A DNA stretch of 64,000 bases from Octopus sinensis (taxonomy: Eukaryota): positions 104,656,001 through 104,720,000 of the forward strand of contig NC_043005.1 in assembly GCF_006345805.1 (NCBI RefSeq), given 5' to 3'. Below are positions 1 to 12,003 of this stretch, in pieces; within the stretch, counting starts at the first letter, position 1, and each line of letters opens with the position of its first letter. Under the pieces are notes generated by a model. That model made no database searches and was not told where the DNA came from. It saw nothing but the letters and a program-made list of their open reading frames with translations. The translations under genes and the position numbers were made by a program.

Positions 1-61
1 CCGAGTAATGACTGGTAAAGTCTATCTCGGCGGAAGTCAGGACCTAAGACGAACAAAATAC

Positions 62-378
62 CCATTTCTTTATCCCAAGGGGCTAAACACAGAGAGGACA
101 AACAAGAACAGAATTTGAACTCAGAACGTAGCGCCAGACGAAATACCTATTTCTTTATTACCCACAAGGGGCTAAACATAGAGGGGACAAACAAGGACAG
201 ACAAAGGTATTAAGTCGATTACATCGACCCCAGTGCGTAACTGGTACTTATTTAATCGACGCCGAAAGGATGAAAGGCAAAGTCGACCTCGGCGGAATTT
301 GAACTCAGAACATAGAAGCAGACGAAATACGGCTACGCATTTCGCCCGGCGTGCTAACGTTTCTGCCGGTTCGCTGCC
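62..378 (-). mobile_element. tRNA-derived SINE family A, dimeric copy nested in an older family A copy
   Basis: Minus strand shows the head (CCGGCAGAAACGTTAGC), B-box GTTCAAATTCC, body GCCTTTCATCCTTTCG..GTCGAT and tail ...AAAGAAATAGG, followed by a second internally deleted unit. Flanked by a 20-bp direct repeat CCTAAGACGA(A/C)CAAAATACC at 43-62 and 378-397. Confidence 0.85.
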
Positions 379-660
379 CTAAGACGACCAAAATACCTTA
401 TAGGATTTGTTTGGCATTCTAACGATTCTGCCAGCTCGCCGCCTTAAATCTACTATTAATAAAAAACAGTACAGGGTGTGTCCTGATGTAGTGTTAGTAA
501 TGGTGTAGAGTTTATTGTGATATTAATTAGTTATTAGTATATGTTAGAAGAGATGTTATTGATAGTTCTGGTGTTTTTGTGGGCTGGTTGTATTCGAATG
601 AGTGCAGAGTCACTAGCTTGGGTAGATTTGGTAGTGTTGTTGTGGTGGCTGCAGGTGTAA

Positions 661-880
661 GGCGGCGAGCTGGCAGAAACGTTAGCACGCCGAGCGAAAT
701 ACGTAGCCGTACGTTCTGAGTTCAAATTCCGCCGAGGTCGACTTTGCCTTTCATCCTTTCGGGGTCGATAAACTAAGTACCAGTTACGCACTGGGGGTCG
801 ATGTAATCGACTTAATCCGTTTGTCTGTCCTTGTTTGTCCTCTCTGTGTTTAGTCCCTTGTGGGTAGTAAAGAAATAGGT
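661..880 (+). mobile_element. SINE family A (tail type A1)
   Basis: GGCGGCGAGCTGGCAGAAACGTTAGC...GAGTTCAAATTCCGCC (A/B boxes), shared body, tail ending GTAAAGAAATAGGT. Confidence 0.9.
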
Positions 881-971
881 TATTACAGTGCATGGTAGTT
901 GTGTTGTATTTGGTAATTTATTGAAACTGTAGCCTCGTAATTCTAATAGTGTTGGTGCCAATCGTGATATA

Positions 972-1200
972 TATTTCTTTACTACCCACAAGGGGCTAAA
1001 CACAGAGGGGACAAACAAGGGCAGACAAAGGGATTAAGTCGATTACATCGACCCAGTGCGAAACTGGTACTTTATTTATCGACCCCGAGATGATGAAAGG
1101 CAAAGTCGACCTCCGCGGAATTTGAACTCAGAACGTAACGGCAGACGAAATACGGCTACGCATTTCGGCCGGCGTGCTAACGATTCTGCCAGCTCGCCGC
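972..1200 (-). mobile_element. SINE family A (A1), full length with TSD
   Basis: Reverse-complement copy of the 661-880 element, flanked by direct repeat GCCAATCGTGATATA at about 957-971 and 1199-1213. Confidence 0.9.
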
Positions 1201-1228
1201 CAATCGTGATATACTGCTACTAATAGAG

Positions 1229-1260
<32 letters not shown>

Positions 1261-3540
1261 GTAGTAGTAGTAGTAGTAATAGTAGTAGGTTGTAGTTATT
1301 TGATGTGACTTTGTTCATGGTTGCCATAACAGTTGGACCGGTTATGGAAAAGTTTTAAGTATGGAGCTGATAGATGTTGATGTTGATGTGGTAATTGTTA
1401 ATATCAAAAATTGTAGACAGTGTCGTTGTATGTGTGTGGTGGCAATGATGTAGTTGTAGTAGTAGTGATAGTGGTTGTGGCGGTGGTAGCAGTAGCAGTA
1501 ATAGTAGTAGCAGTACAGGAGTGTTGCTTTATGTAGTGGCCATATGAGAGGAGGTGGTTTAATGTGTTGTAGTGGTATGAATGATGTGAACGTGTAGGCT
1601 GTAGTGGTGTAAAATTTCAATACCTTCATTGCAGCCACAACAACTCTCGTTGTGGTTGTTGTGATTGTTACTGTCCATTATCCCACGTGACTGACACAGA
1701 AAAGTTCTTTGTCACATTCATCATTTTTTTCCTCACATTTGGAATATATATATTTTTTACATATTTCACGTTGTTTTTTTTTTGTGTTTCTTTCCTTGAC
1801 AATTTTATGAAGATTGTTCTTCTGTTTATTTTCCCTTCTTCCTTTTTCTTCTCTCTCTCTCTTCTCCATCCCCGTTTCCCTCCTGATTGGCTGCAGTAAG
1901 ATGATTATTGTTTCACAGTGGGGGGTGGAGGAACTGAGAGGAACAGAAGACGGAAGTGATGTGGGAGTTGGCTGGATGATTGCTTGGTCAGATACGGTGG
2001 ACGGGGAAGGGGAAGAGGATGGCGAAAGATACAATAAAATAATGAGGTCAGGAGGCAATTGCCAAAACTGGCCAAAAGGAAGACATTGACATACGGTTGT
2101 ATTGTGTATGAGTCAGTGTTAGGGTGGTGGTATCAGTGGTAGTGTGGTGATAGTGCTGAGAGCTGTGGTAGCAGTAAATGGTGGTTGTGATGGTTGTGGT
2201 GGCAGTTGGGGTAGTTGTGATGGTTGTAGTGATAGTAATGGTTGTAGTGGTAGTATGGGTGGCAGTGATGGCTATGGTGGTAGTAATGGTTGTTGTGATA
2301 GTTATGGCGGTAGTTAGGGTGTTCCGATGGTTGTGATGGTTATGGTGGTAGTAATGGTTGTTGTAATGGTTGTGTTAGCATTTAAGATGGTTCCGATGGT
2401 TGTGGTGGTAGTTGTGGTGGTAGTGATTAATAATGCTAGTGCTGATAGTGGTGGTGTTGGTGACGTTCATGGCAGTGGTAGTGGTTGTAGCAGTGACGGA
2501 GGTGGTGGTCATGGTATGACTAGGGGGAGATGGAGAAGATTACAGTGGGTGGTAGTGACAATGATGATGGCGGTGGCATTTATGTTGTTGTTGGTTGTGG
2601 TTGTGGTGGTGGTGGTGGTGGTGTAGCTATTGTTGTGGGTAGTGTGGAATTAGTAGTGACGTATGTGAGGCACTGAGTGGCGTGGCACCATGGGGCAGAG
2701 ACTGAAATATAGGGAGAGTGTTAAGGTTAGTGGGACAGGACATGGGAGGAGAGAACATAGATATCTCACAGCGTATAGGTTAGGGTGTTTGTGAATGTGT
2801 GCGTATATGCATGTGTGTACATACATGTCTGTGTGTTCTCATATGTGTGTGTGTGAGAGAGAGTCTAGAGTGAGGACTAGTGGTAATGGTGGGGTGAAGT
2901 AGGAGATTTGAATTATTGGTTTAGAAAATATGTCAACGTGATTTTTCATATACTTTTGGAATGCTAGTTTTGTGACATTAACCACCGTCAGTTTCTCTCC
3001 CACACCACTGCCCCACTCCACGTCATTCTACACCCCCCCTACTACATCCACAACGCTACATCAACCTCCGCACACCACTGCCTCTCCGAAAACAAAATAG
3101 AAGCGAAGTTTACTCCATCACCTACTCCAGATGAAGGACTTTTCACATGGAGACTGTATAAACTTAGAACGAAATCACAATCCGGGCACTGCAAACATCA
3201 CACTCGATGTTCATAACATCTCACTAGAAACTGACTATACCACCCGCTGCTCTATATCTGCCCCACAACACTTTTATCTTCACAGAAGCAAACATAATTA
3301 CCGCTACCATAAACACTAACATCTTTTATGTTGTCACAATGTACGCCAACGCATACAGTTTATGAGTACCACGAACACAACGGCATCATAACTAGCACTG
3401 CTATTACAATTGCAACAAAATAAACCGGTCTCCTAATGGCCGAACTAGGATGCTCACTATGATGACAACAAGCAGAAACACGATTGAATGCATTCCACAT
3501 CATCATGATAACAGAACATACAATAATAAAAGTAAAAAGA

Positions 3541-3870
3541 CCGTCGGCGGTCATGAATGATCATGGGATTGCACCTAGAAAGTTACCCTCGGAGGCACAA
3601 GTCCGGGCAAGGTTGTTTATGGAAGACCAACAGTTGCCCATGTATACCAGCTTCCCCTCCTCACGCCATCGATATTACCCAAGGGAAAGGCAAACGCCGA
3701 TACAGCTTGGAACCAGTGACGTTGCAACTAATTTCTACAGCTGAGTGAACTGGAGCTACGTGAAATAAAGTGTCTTGATCAAGAACACAACACACAGGCC
3801 CGTCGGAGAATCGAACCCACTACTTCAATACGGTGATCCTGAAGCTCTAACCCCTAAGTCATGCACCTTC
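3541..3870 (-). mobile_element. tRNA-derived SINE family C
   Basis: Diverged copy of 49841-50170, with a tRNA-like head on the minus strand followed by TGTGTTCTTGATCAAGACACTTTATTTCACG. Confidence 0.85.
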
Positions 3871-3929
3871 ATTGTGTCAGCATAATAACATGTATAACAA
3901 AACAGCTGTAACGATGGCTTAATTCATAA

Positions 3930-4144
3930 AGCGGTGTGCTGGCAGAAACGTTAGCACGCCGGGCGAAATGCTTAACAGTATTTCGTCTGTCTTTACGTTC
4001 TGAGTTCAAATTCTGCCGAGGTTGACTTTGCCTTTCATCCTTTCGGGGTCGATAAATTAAGTACCAGTTGCGTACTAGGTTCGATCTAATCGACTGCCCT
4101 CCCTCCCCTAAAATTTCGGCTATTGTGCCTAGAGTAGAAAAAGA
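3930..4144 (+). mobile_element. SINE family A (tail type A2) with TSD
   Basis: Family A head and body with an alternative tail ...GTGCCTAGAGTAGAAAAAGA. 14-bp TSD ATGGCTTAATTCAT at 3914-3927 and 4145-4158. Confidence 0.9.
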
Positions 4145-4586
4145 ATGGCTTAATTCATTACAATAACAACAACTTTAACAATCACATTTGTAACAATTGT
4201 ACAACAACCACAGCAACGACATAAATAGCAACAATAACAACTATAACGACATCCATAACAACCATTACCATAATATACATACCAGGATACATAACAACAA
4301 TATATATGACAACAACAAACATTACACATACTTGTGGACTTGGATTGTGTGTGTCTTTATATTATAAAGACAGTTTGTGTGTTTATGTTAGAGAGACAAT
4401 GTGCGTGTGTGTGTGTGTGCGTGCATGAGAGAAAGAGAGAGGGGAGAGAACATTGCAAACGATGAATGAATTAAACCTGAAATGAAAAGATCGTGTAAAT
4501 GAAGGCTTTTTAAAAAACTATTTTGTACCGAATATTAAAATTTGTGAACTTGAAATATTCAATAATAAAAGGAAGTTCAGAAAGTA

Positions 4587-4637
4587 AATTTTCTTGGAAA
4601 CTTGGAAATTTTCTTGGAAACTTGGAAATTTTCTTGT
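4587..4637. repeat. 20-bp tandem repeat, about 2.5 copies
   Basis: AATTTTCTTGGAAACTTGGA repeated head to tail. Confidence 0.8.
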
Positions 4638-5384
4638 AAAAAATCTCACTTGCTTAGTAAATATTACTTTCAGTAAGTTATCGTACTTGTAATATATCTC
4701 TAATTTAAACAAACTTTAGCGTGCTAGAAATAGCAGCGATCACATAAGTATTATTGTAAAGCTTATAGTGTTCCAAAAAGCCATACCAACGAAATCCCTT
4801 CTTAATTAAAAAAAAATATATATATACCGGTTTATTATAAAAATTTCATTTTATAAAAAAAAAAGTGATTTTGTCTAATAGCAGTCATTCATTCAATAAA
4901 TAATTATTTTACATAACGTATACAGAATAAAATGTTGTTTTTTCAAATAGCGAATTAAAACTTGAAATGAAAACATTGAAATGAATATACATTAAATTAT
5001 CCTTAATGAAAATAGAGGCGAGAGGGAGTGAGAGTGTTGCAAACGAAACGGAAAATTTCGCCTGCAACGAATTAGTATTGCTTCTTAAATCTACTCCGCA
5101 GTGAATGCAACGAATATTTAAATTTGTGAAAAACTGGTAGTTCAAATATTCAATGAACTTCAGAAATCGAAATTATTGGAAATTTCTTGAAACATGAATG
5201 TATAAACAATTTCCAGACGGTCAAGCCTTTAATAATCGCTTTCTTTTAGTAACTGTTACATACCTAATTAATAAGTAGCTTTCTCCATACTAGTATAGAT
5301 AGATGTAACAACAGACGCAACAACAATAGCTATAACAATAATTGCCCTAGAAGCCAACGTATTAACAATACTTCTTACTAACCG

Positions 5385-5950
5385 ATATACTTCTACAGCA
5401 ATTTTGAGGAACGGGGAACAGGTGAAACCCAATAGTTGATTGGCACTTATTTTACCTATCCGAAAGGAGGAAGAGCAAGTTAGACTCGGCAGAATTTGAA
5501 CTCAGAAGCATTTTGTCCAGCGTGCTAACGATTCTGCCAGCTACCTGCCTAATGATACTAATTGCTTCGAGCTTTTAGCACAAGGTCAGAAATTTTCGGA
5601 GGAGGGTGTTAGTTGATTACATCGACCCCAGTACTTGACTGGTAGCTTTTTTTTTTATTTTAACGATCCCGAAAGGATGAAAAGCAAAGTGGTATTTGAA
5701 CCCGGATCGTAAAGAGTCAGAAGAAACGCTGCTAAGCATATTGGTTGATGCATTGACAACTCCCGCAGGTCATGACCTTAGATAATGATTTCTAATTTAG
5801 GAACGAAGCCAGTAATTTTGAGGAGAGAGGATTAATCGATTCCGGTAACCCAGGTTTTGAGTTGTACTTTAATTTATCGTTCAGGGCTAAGTTGACTTCA
5901 ACAGAATTTCAACTTAGAATGTAAAGAACTGGAAGAAAAATTATCTTCGC
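5385..5950 (-). mobile_element. Cluster of about three old, degraded family A SINE copies
   Basis: Recurring degenerate CCGAAAGGATGAAA, GAATTTGAACTCAGAA and GCTAACGATTCTGCCAGC motifs. Confidence 0.65.
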
Positions 5951-5987
5951 CTGAACTATTTTGCCAACCAATCGCCTAATGACAATA

Positions 5988-6019
<32 letters not shown>

Positions 6020-6038
6020 ATTGATGATGATGATGATG

Positions 6039-6082
<44 letters not shown>

Positions 6083-6143
6083 TATAATAATAATATTAAT
6101 AATAAATATAATAATAATAAATATAATAAAAGTAATAATAATA

Positions 6144-6587
6144 ATCCTTTCTACTAAAGGCACAAGGCCTGAACTGTGGGGGAGGATACTAGTCGATTAA
6201 CTCTACCCCAGTGTCTCACTGGTACTTAATTTATCGACTCCCCGAAAGGATGAAAGGTAAAGTCGACCTCGGAGGAATTCGAACTCAGAAGATAGTGACG
6301 GGCGAAATACTGCTAAGCATTTTGTACGGCACACTAACGATTCTGTCAGCTTGCTACCTTAATACTACTAATAATCCTTTCTACTATAGGCACAAGACCT
6401 GAGCTTTTGGGTAGAGGGACTAGCCGAATACATCGACCTCAGTGTTCTACTGGTACTTAATTAATCGACCCCGAAAGGATGAAAGGCAAAGTCGACCTAG
6501 GCGGAGTTGGAACTCAGAACGTAGTGGCTGGCGAAATACCGCTACGCATTTCGCCCGGCGTGCTAACGTTTCTGCCAGCTCACCGTC

Positions 6588-6588
<1 letters not shown>
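6144..6588 (-). mobile_element. Two head-to-tail family A (A2) SINE copies embedded in (TAA)n
   Basis: Units at about 6144-6360 and 6375-6588, each beginning (plus strand) CCTTTCTACTA and containing the family A body. Flanked by (TAA)n. Confidence 0.85.
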
Positions 6589-6652
<64 letters not shown>

Positions 6653-6655
6653 TAA

Positions 6656-6686
<31 letters not shown>

Positions 6687-7469
6687 AAGAAGAAGAAGAA
6701 GAAGAAGAAGAAGGACGCGTCGACGGTGGAGGAGAAAAAGAATAACAACAACATTAACAACACAGTCCACAAAAAAAAGCACATTTCCTGGCCTCCTTCA
6801 TCAGCCAAAACAAACAGCAAAAACCAACAACGATAATAGCAACAACAATGCAGTGACCATAACAATGCATATTAGCATCCCCCACCCCACCAAATAAACA
6901 CGAAAACACACAATACAAAACACCAATGTGCACCCCCCACTACCACCACAGCCTAAACCACCACCATCAATAATTCTTCACTCCCATCGCCATCACAACG
7001 ACGACAACATCAAACAATAACGCCACCTTCATACCTCTCCCTCTCGCTCCCCAATAATTAATGTGACCTCCGGTGGACCTTGCACTAATCCATTATAAGG
7101 AATATCTTTTGTCTTGTTTGTTCCTTTTTGGATTCAGGAAAATAATAAACGGAATGAAATATTGGAAAAAATCCACGAACAGGCATTGGTTGTGGGTGGG
7201 GGGAGAAAAAATACAGGGAAAAAGGAATCAGAATAAAATAAATAAATTATAATCAATAGACCTTTTCTGAACCCTTATTTTTCCATGAGGTTCATTTTCT
7301 TTACTCTTGAAACCATGAAATTAGGGTTAATATTTAAATATGTAAAAACACATCTTGAAATATCAGTCTAGTTCTATTTAAAGTGCAATAACAGAGATGT
7401 GTACACTATTTATAAACTTAAGAAACTGTCATTTAAACATATGCAATATATTTTAGGATTTTTCGATTT

Positions 7470-7748
7470 GGCCTACATATCTGATATATTGCTGCACAGT
7501 ACACACGATGGCCTCCATTAGCGCTATATTATGCATTATGGCTCATATAACTGCTCAGTACATACGATAACCTATATTACTGCCACAGAACATGAAATAG
7601 CCTATATTACTGCTTAATACACCCTATAGCCTATATCACAACTATATAACTGTTCAGTAGACATGACCTATATTACCATTGTATAACTGCTCAGTGCACT
7701 CTCGGGCCTATAATATTGCTATGTAACGTTATATCATTACTCAGTACA
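7470..7748. repeat. Degenerate minisatellite, unit about 30 bp
   Basis: Recurrent GCCTATATTACTGCTCAGTACAC-like unit. Confidence 0.65.
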
Positions 7749-7824
7749 TTAATTTTGTTAAACCAATCAATATACCATTCTGAAACAGCTTTTTAGTATA
7801 TTAGTTAGGGGGCTTCTATAAGGT

Positions 7825-8205
7825 CAGTCAACCTGTTAGAAATAGTGGTCAAATCTCCCTAAAATCACATCCGATAGTCTGATTTAAGGACATATCAAAT
7901 AAAGTAGTTCTGAATTTCCTGCAGATAAGAAAAAGATGAGATGGCTACGACTGAAATGTTTTTGATCATAGGTCTACTCGTTAGGGTTGGTCTGGGGCTA
8001 AATAGCATCATCAACAATTATATTATCATAATGAGTCAATGAGCGAGCCCGTGTGTCGTTGCCGGACTTGCTAGAAATACAAGCCAAATATCTACCTATT
8101 GTTTTGAATAGAGAAACGGCACATTGCATAAGGTAGACCTACTGCAAATACTTGGTTCGTAGTTCTGCTCAATTGCGGTTAATTTGGAGCTAAACAACAA
8201 CAACA
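7825..8205 (+). mobile_element. Old dispersed repeat family (two degraded copies) ending in a (CAA)n-like tail
   Basis: GCTAGAAATAGCAGCCAAAT-like start and GGGGCTAAACAACAAC-like end. Related pieces near 4722, 20825 (-), 24835-25020, 28303 (-), 30410-30480, 46720-46750 and 48850-48970 (-). Confidence 0.55.
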
Positions 8206-9282
8206 GACGCAAGAGAAGAGTCGCAACATTCTTCATTAGCGCTGTTCCGTGTTGTACTGCAAACCGGACCGTCATTAGACGGCCTCAGTAGTATATCAGT
8301 TCTTTTTTTTATGAGATGAAGCAACGGACTCCTTTAACTTTTTTCTACATAGCACAGTGTAGCTGGTTCTCAAAGAGAGGGAGAGATAGAGAGAAGAATG
8401 CCTCCCAGGATTTGAATGGGTTTTATTAATTTGATCCCCGTAAGCATGACAGGCAAAGTTTACTGCAACGTGATTCGAACTCAGGAACAAATACAGCTAG
8501 GTAAGCTATATGACAATTCTATCGATTTTTATAGGAAAATGATATTTTTAATAGACACTGGTAATAAATAAATAATTTTCTAAAAAAAGTATAATAATCT
8601 AAAAGTTGAAATTGCCCACAACGTTGATACATCTTAGTATATGATAAGACTATCTTGTTGATCTAAAACCTTGAACTAAACAGAAAAAAATATATTATGA
8701 ATAATTAAAGGTATTAATGATCGTAATGGTGAAAATAATAGTGATAATGATAATGATTTATTTAATAACGAATAAAAAAATATATGAATTTACTACATAT
8801 TAAAAATAAATTAAATATGTATGAATGTAAACAAAGGTAATGTAAAGTTATTCAGGTCAACGAAATTATGTATAAATGATTTAAAATGTAATTTAAATCC
8901 GAATGAATATGAAAGCAAATGTGATTTGATTTTATACTCAGTGTCCAAAAACAGAATAAGTTTGAGAATGTTTATAATTGAATATAAAATGCAAGATATG
9001 ACATAAATATACCACACTTACACACGCAGATAACATACATTATAGACTTACCTGATTTTGCCGTCAATTCCTAGATTTTAACTAAACAAATTTGACTTAG
9101 AACGTATGATCTGTCGTTTTCAAATCGAGACACGCCCCAGTTTTGTCGCACGATTAGCAGATGTACGATACAAACCCATGAGAATTATAGAATATTAATA
9201 TAACACCCGTTCAAAACATTTCGTTTCCAACATTCATTTTTCACGTCTTTTCATGGTTTTTAAGCACGTTATGTAGACAACG

Positions 9283-9820
9283 TAAACATTTACTGTTCAG
9301 TTTTCGTTTATCGATCATTAAAAGTGTAAACATTTATTTACCGTTCAATTTTAGTTTATTGATCACTAAAAGTGTAAATATTTATTTTATTGTTCAATAC
9401 TTCTTTATTGATCACTAAGCGTATAAACAGATATTTACAGTTCAAATTCAGCACAGTAATAACTAAAAGTATAAACTTTATTTACTGTTAAGTCATAGTT
9501 TAATAATCACCAAGCGTGGACACATATTTACTGTTAAACACTAGTTTACTGATAACTAAACGTATAAACATTTCAGTTATTGTTCAATACTAGTGTATTG
9601 ATCACAAAAGATATGCATATTTTATTTACTGTTAATTACTAATTTACTGATCACGAAAGGTAAACGCATGTACGTATTTGTTTTCTAACATTCACTACAA
9701 CTATACTGATTACTAAAGGTTTACATATTTTATATACTAGTGCACTGGTTACTAAAATCATAAACATTTCTTTTCTATCAAATACTAGTGTAATGACCAC
9801 TAAATGTTGACAGTTCAATC
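9283..9820. repeat. Degenerate minisatellite, unit about 48 bp, about 11 copies
   Basis: Recurrent AAAGTGTAAACATTTATTTACTGTTCAATACTAGTTTATTGATCACT-like unit. Confidence 0.8.
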
Positions 9821-11917
9821 CTAATTGATTAAAAATATACAGTTGCTTTTACCTTCCGTTTTTATTCTATCCATTAATAACTGATGTTTCTTCATTAAGC
9901 ACAAGGCCAAAAATCTGAAGGTGGGGGTTACTCGATATCACTGACTTCAGAGGTTCTCAAAATTTTTGCTCCCTCCACCTCATGCCCACATAATAACCTC
10001 AGCGCCCCCACCCCTATTTCTATATATTAATAAATATTTTATATTTTACTAATTTATATATACCATGAATCATTTGATATTTAATATATTATATAATTTG
10101 TATACAATACTATAATAATATTATAATAAATTCATAGCGTCCTCCAATTCACTGCCTTCCTCTCAATGCCTCCTTTTTTCTACTACCACCCCCTTATGCA
10201 CCAGCGCCCACCTGGACCGTCTCAACACCCACCATCTGTACGTTCTAAGTTCAAATTCCGCCGAGGTCGATTTTGCCTTTCATCCTTCAGGCTCGATAAA
10301 ATAAGTACGAGTCAAGTACTGTAGTCGATGTAATGGATTCCTCAAAAACTGCTGGCTTATATCTAAATTCAGATACTCAGTTCGTTTAAAAGTATTTCAA
10401 AGAATAGGTTGAATGTTTCAAATTCCAAAGTGAGATAGAAGAAAAGAATGTACGCGATCGAATCGCTGCCAGAGCATCGGAGTAGGCTTGACAGAAAACA
10501 TTTATAAATGAAATCGAAATATGAAGACGTTAAAGTTATAACAGAACAAAAAAGAATAAACAATTCAGTTCCAAGATGGATGCCACGTTATATCATCTGG
10601 TAAGGGATTTTCATTAATCCCTGCACCATTATTTTCTCTTTGAGTAAAAGACTATAAATGTACATACCACTTGTGAGTTCACATTTACCCTTACTTAGTT
10701 GCTAAATATTTTTTTACCAACTATTATTACTATTATTGAAATTGTTTAACAGAAAGTGGCATCCATGCCGAAATTAATCTTTATTATTTTGTTATTTTAC
10801 TGAAAAGTGCAATGGATTAACTTCATCACTAAGCACTTCAGGCAAAATGCTTAGCGGCATCTCATCCGGCTTTTTACCTTCTGAACGCAAATCTTGCAGA
10901 AGTTCATTTTGCCTTTAATCCTTTCAGGAAATGCCATGGCTGATGATACGCAGACATGTACTGTGGCTGTGACATTTTCCAGCTTGTCCTTGGCGGTGAG
11001 CAAGTGTGGTTGCTGTTCGTCAGACACGTTTTTCTTTGTCGCTCGTCTCTGACTGAACTGCGACAGCCAGAATGACGTCAGGTGTTCACAACAGATTGCC
11101 AGTCGTGCAGTGCAGTAGGCAGAAGGTGTATTTTAGCCTTCTCTCGAATGTTCATTGCGGGAAAGAGCGCCAACTTTCTCGAGGAGACTCTGGATGTTGA
11201 CGAGAATCATTTAGCTGGTTTGTTCTGGAGGACGTGCATATTTTATAGAGATCTCAGGCGTGGCAGTGCTACCAAAAGGCATTGCAGATCTGAAATAAAC
11301 TCTACAGGCTGTTAGCCGGCTTACTCCAGATGCACACAAAGCATTGCTGACTTGAGGTGTTATGTCGAATATTTGCTGACATGTGAAGAACGGATCTGGC
11401 TTTCGATTGAATCCATTTTGAAGATCTTCGCGTCACTTTCCTTTGGCTGGGAAAGCTAACCTTGGCAAAAAAGGTTGTGATGTAAACGAGACCGAAAAGA
11501 CTAGTGACTGACACCTTTCTCTTAGGCCAAAGAAAAGTGAGTGTGGAGAAGAAAGTTTGATGAAAGGTGAATGACCATGGCAAAATGGGTGTGCTCTGAG
11601 CATGCGCCAGTAGACTGAGGAAGGAGCATGAGTAGACAGCACTTGCCTTAGCGTTGAAGGTGACCGTGGTTTCGTGGAGTTATCACTTGCAGCCCTCGGA
11701 GATCACCAACCATTTTGAGGAATCACTCCTTGATTAATTTCTGCTTCTTTGTTTATCTTAGTTTATTATTTACTCCCTTTCATGTACTCCACATTGTATC
11801 ATATCACTCTGTACCATCCTCGCTCTTTGTGTAGCCCCTTAATGATTAAGACAGGGATCATTCTTATTATGAAATAAAAGTAAAAACGGGAAAAAGAATT
11901 CATCATCTTCCTTATTA

Positions 11918-12000
<83 letters not shown>

Positions 12001-12003
<3 letters not shown>

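Noticed and set aside
534-893. Recurrent peptide RNWYLIYRPRKDERQSRPRRNLNSE in several ORFs
   Set aside because: It is the antisense translation of SINE A, not a protein family.
9283-9820. CRISPR-like periodicity
   Set aside because: Whole units repeat without unique spacers, the context is eukaryotic, and there are no cas genes.
10930-11830. Complex sequence with short ORFs, possibly a decayed retroelement or exon
   Set aside because: No diagnostic motif could be read with confidence; it needs BLASTx.
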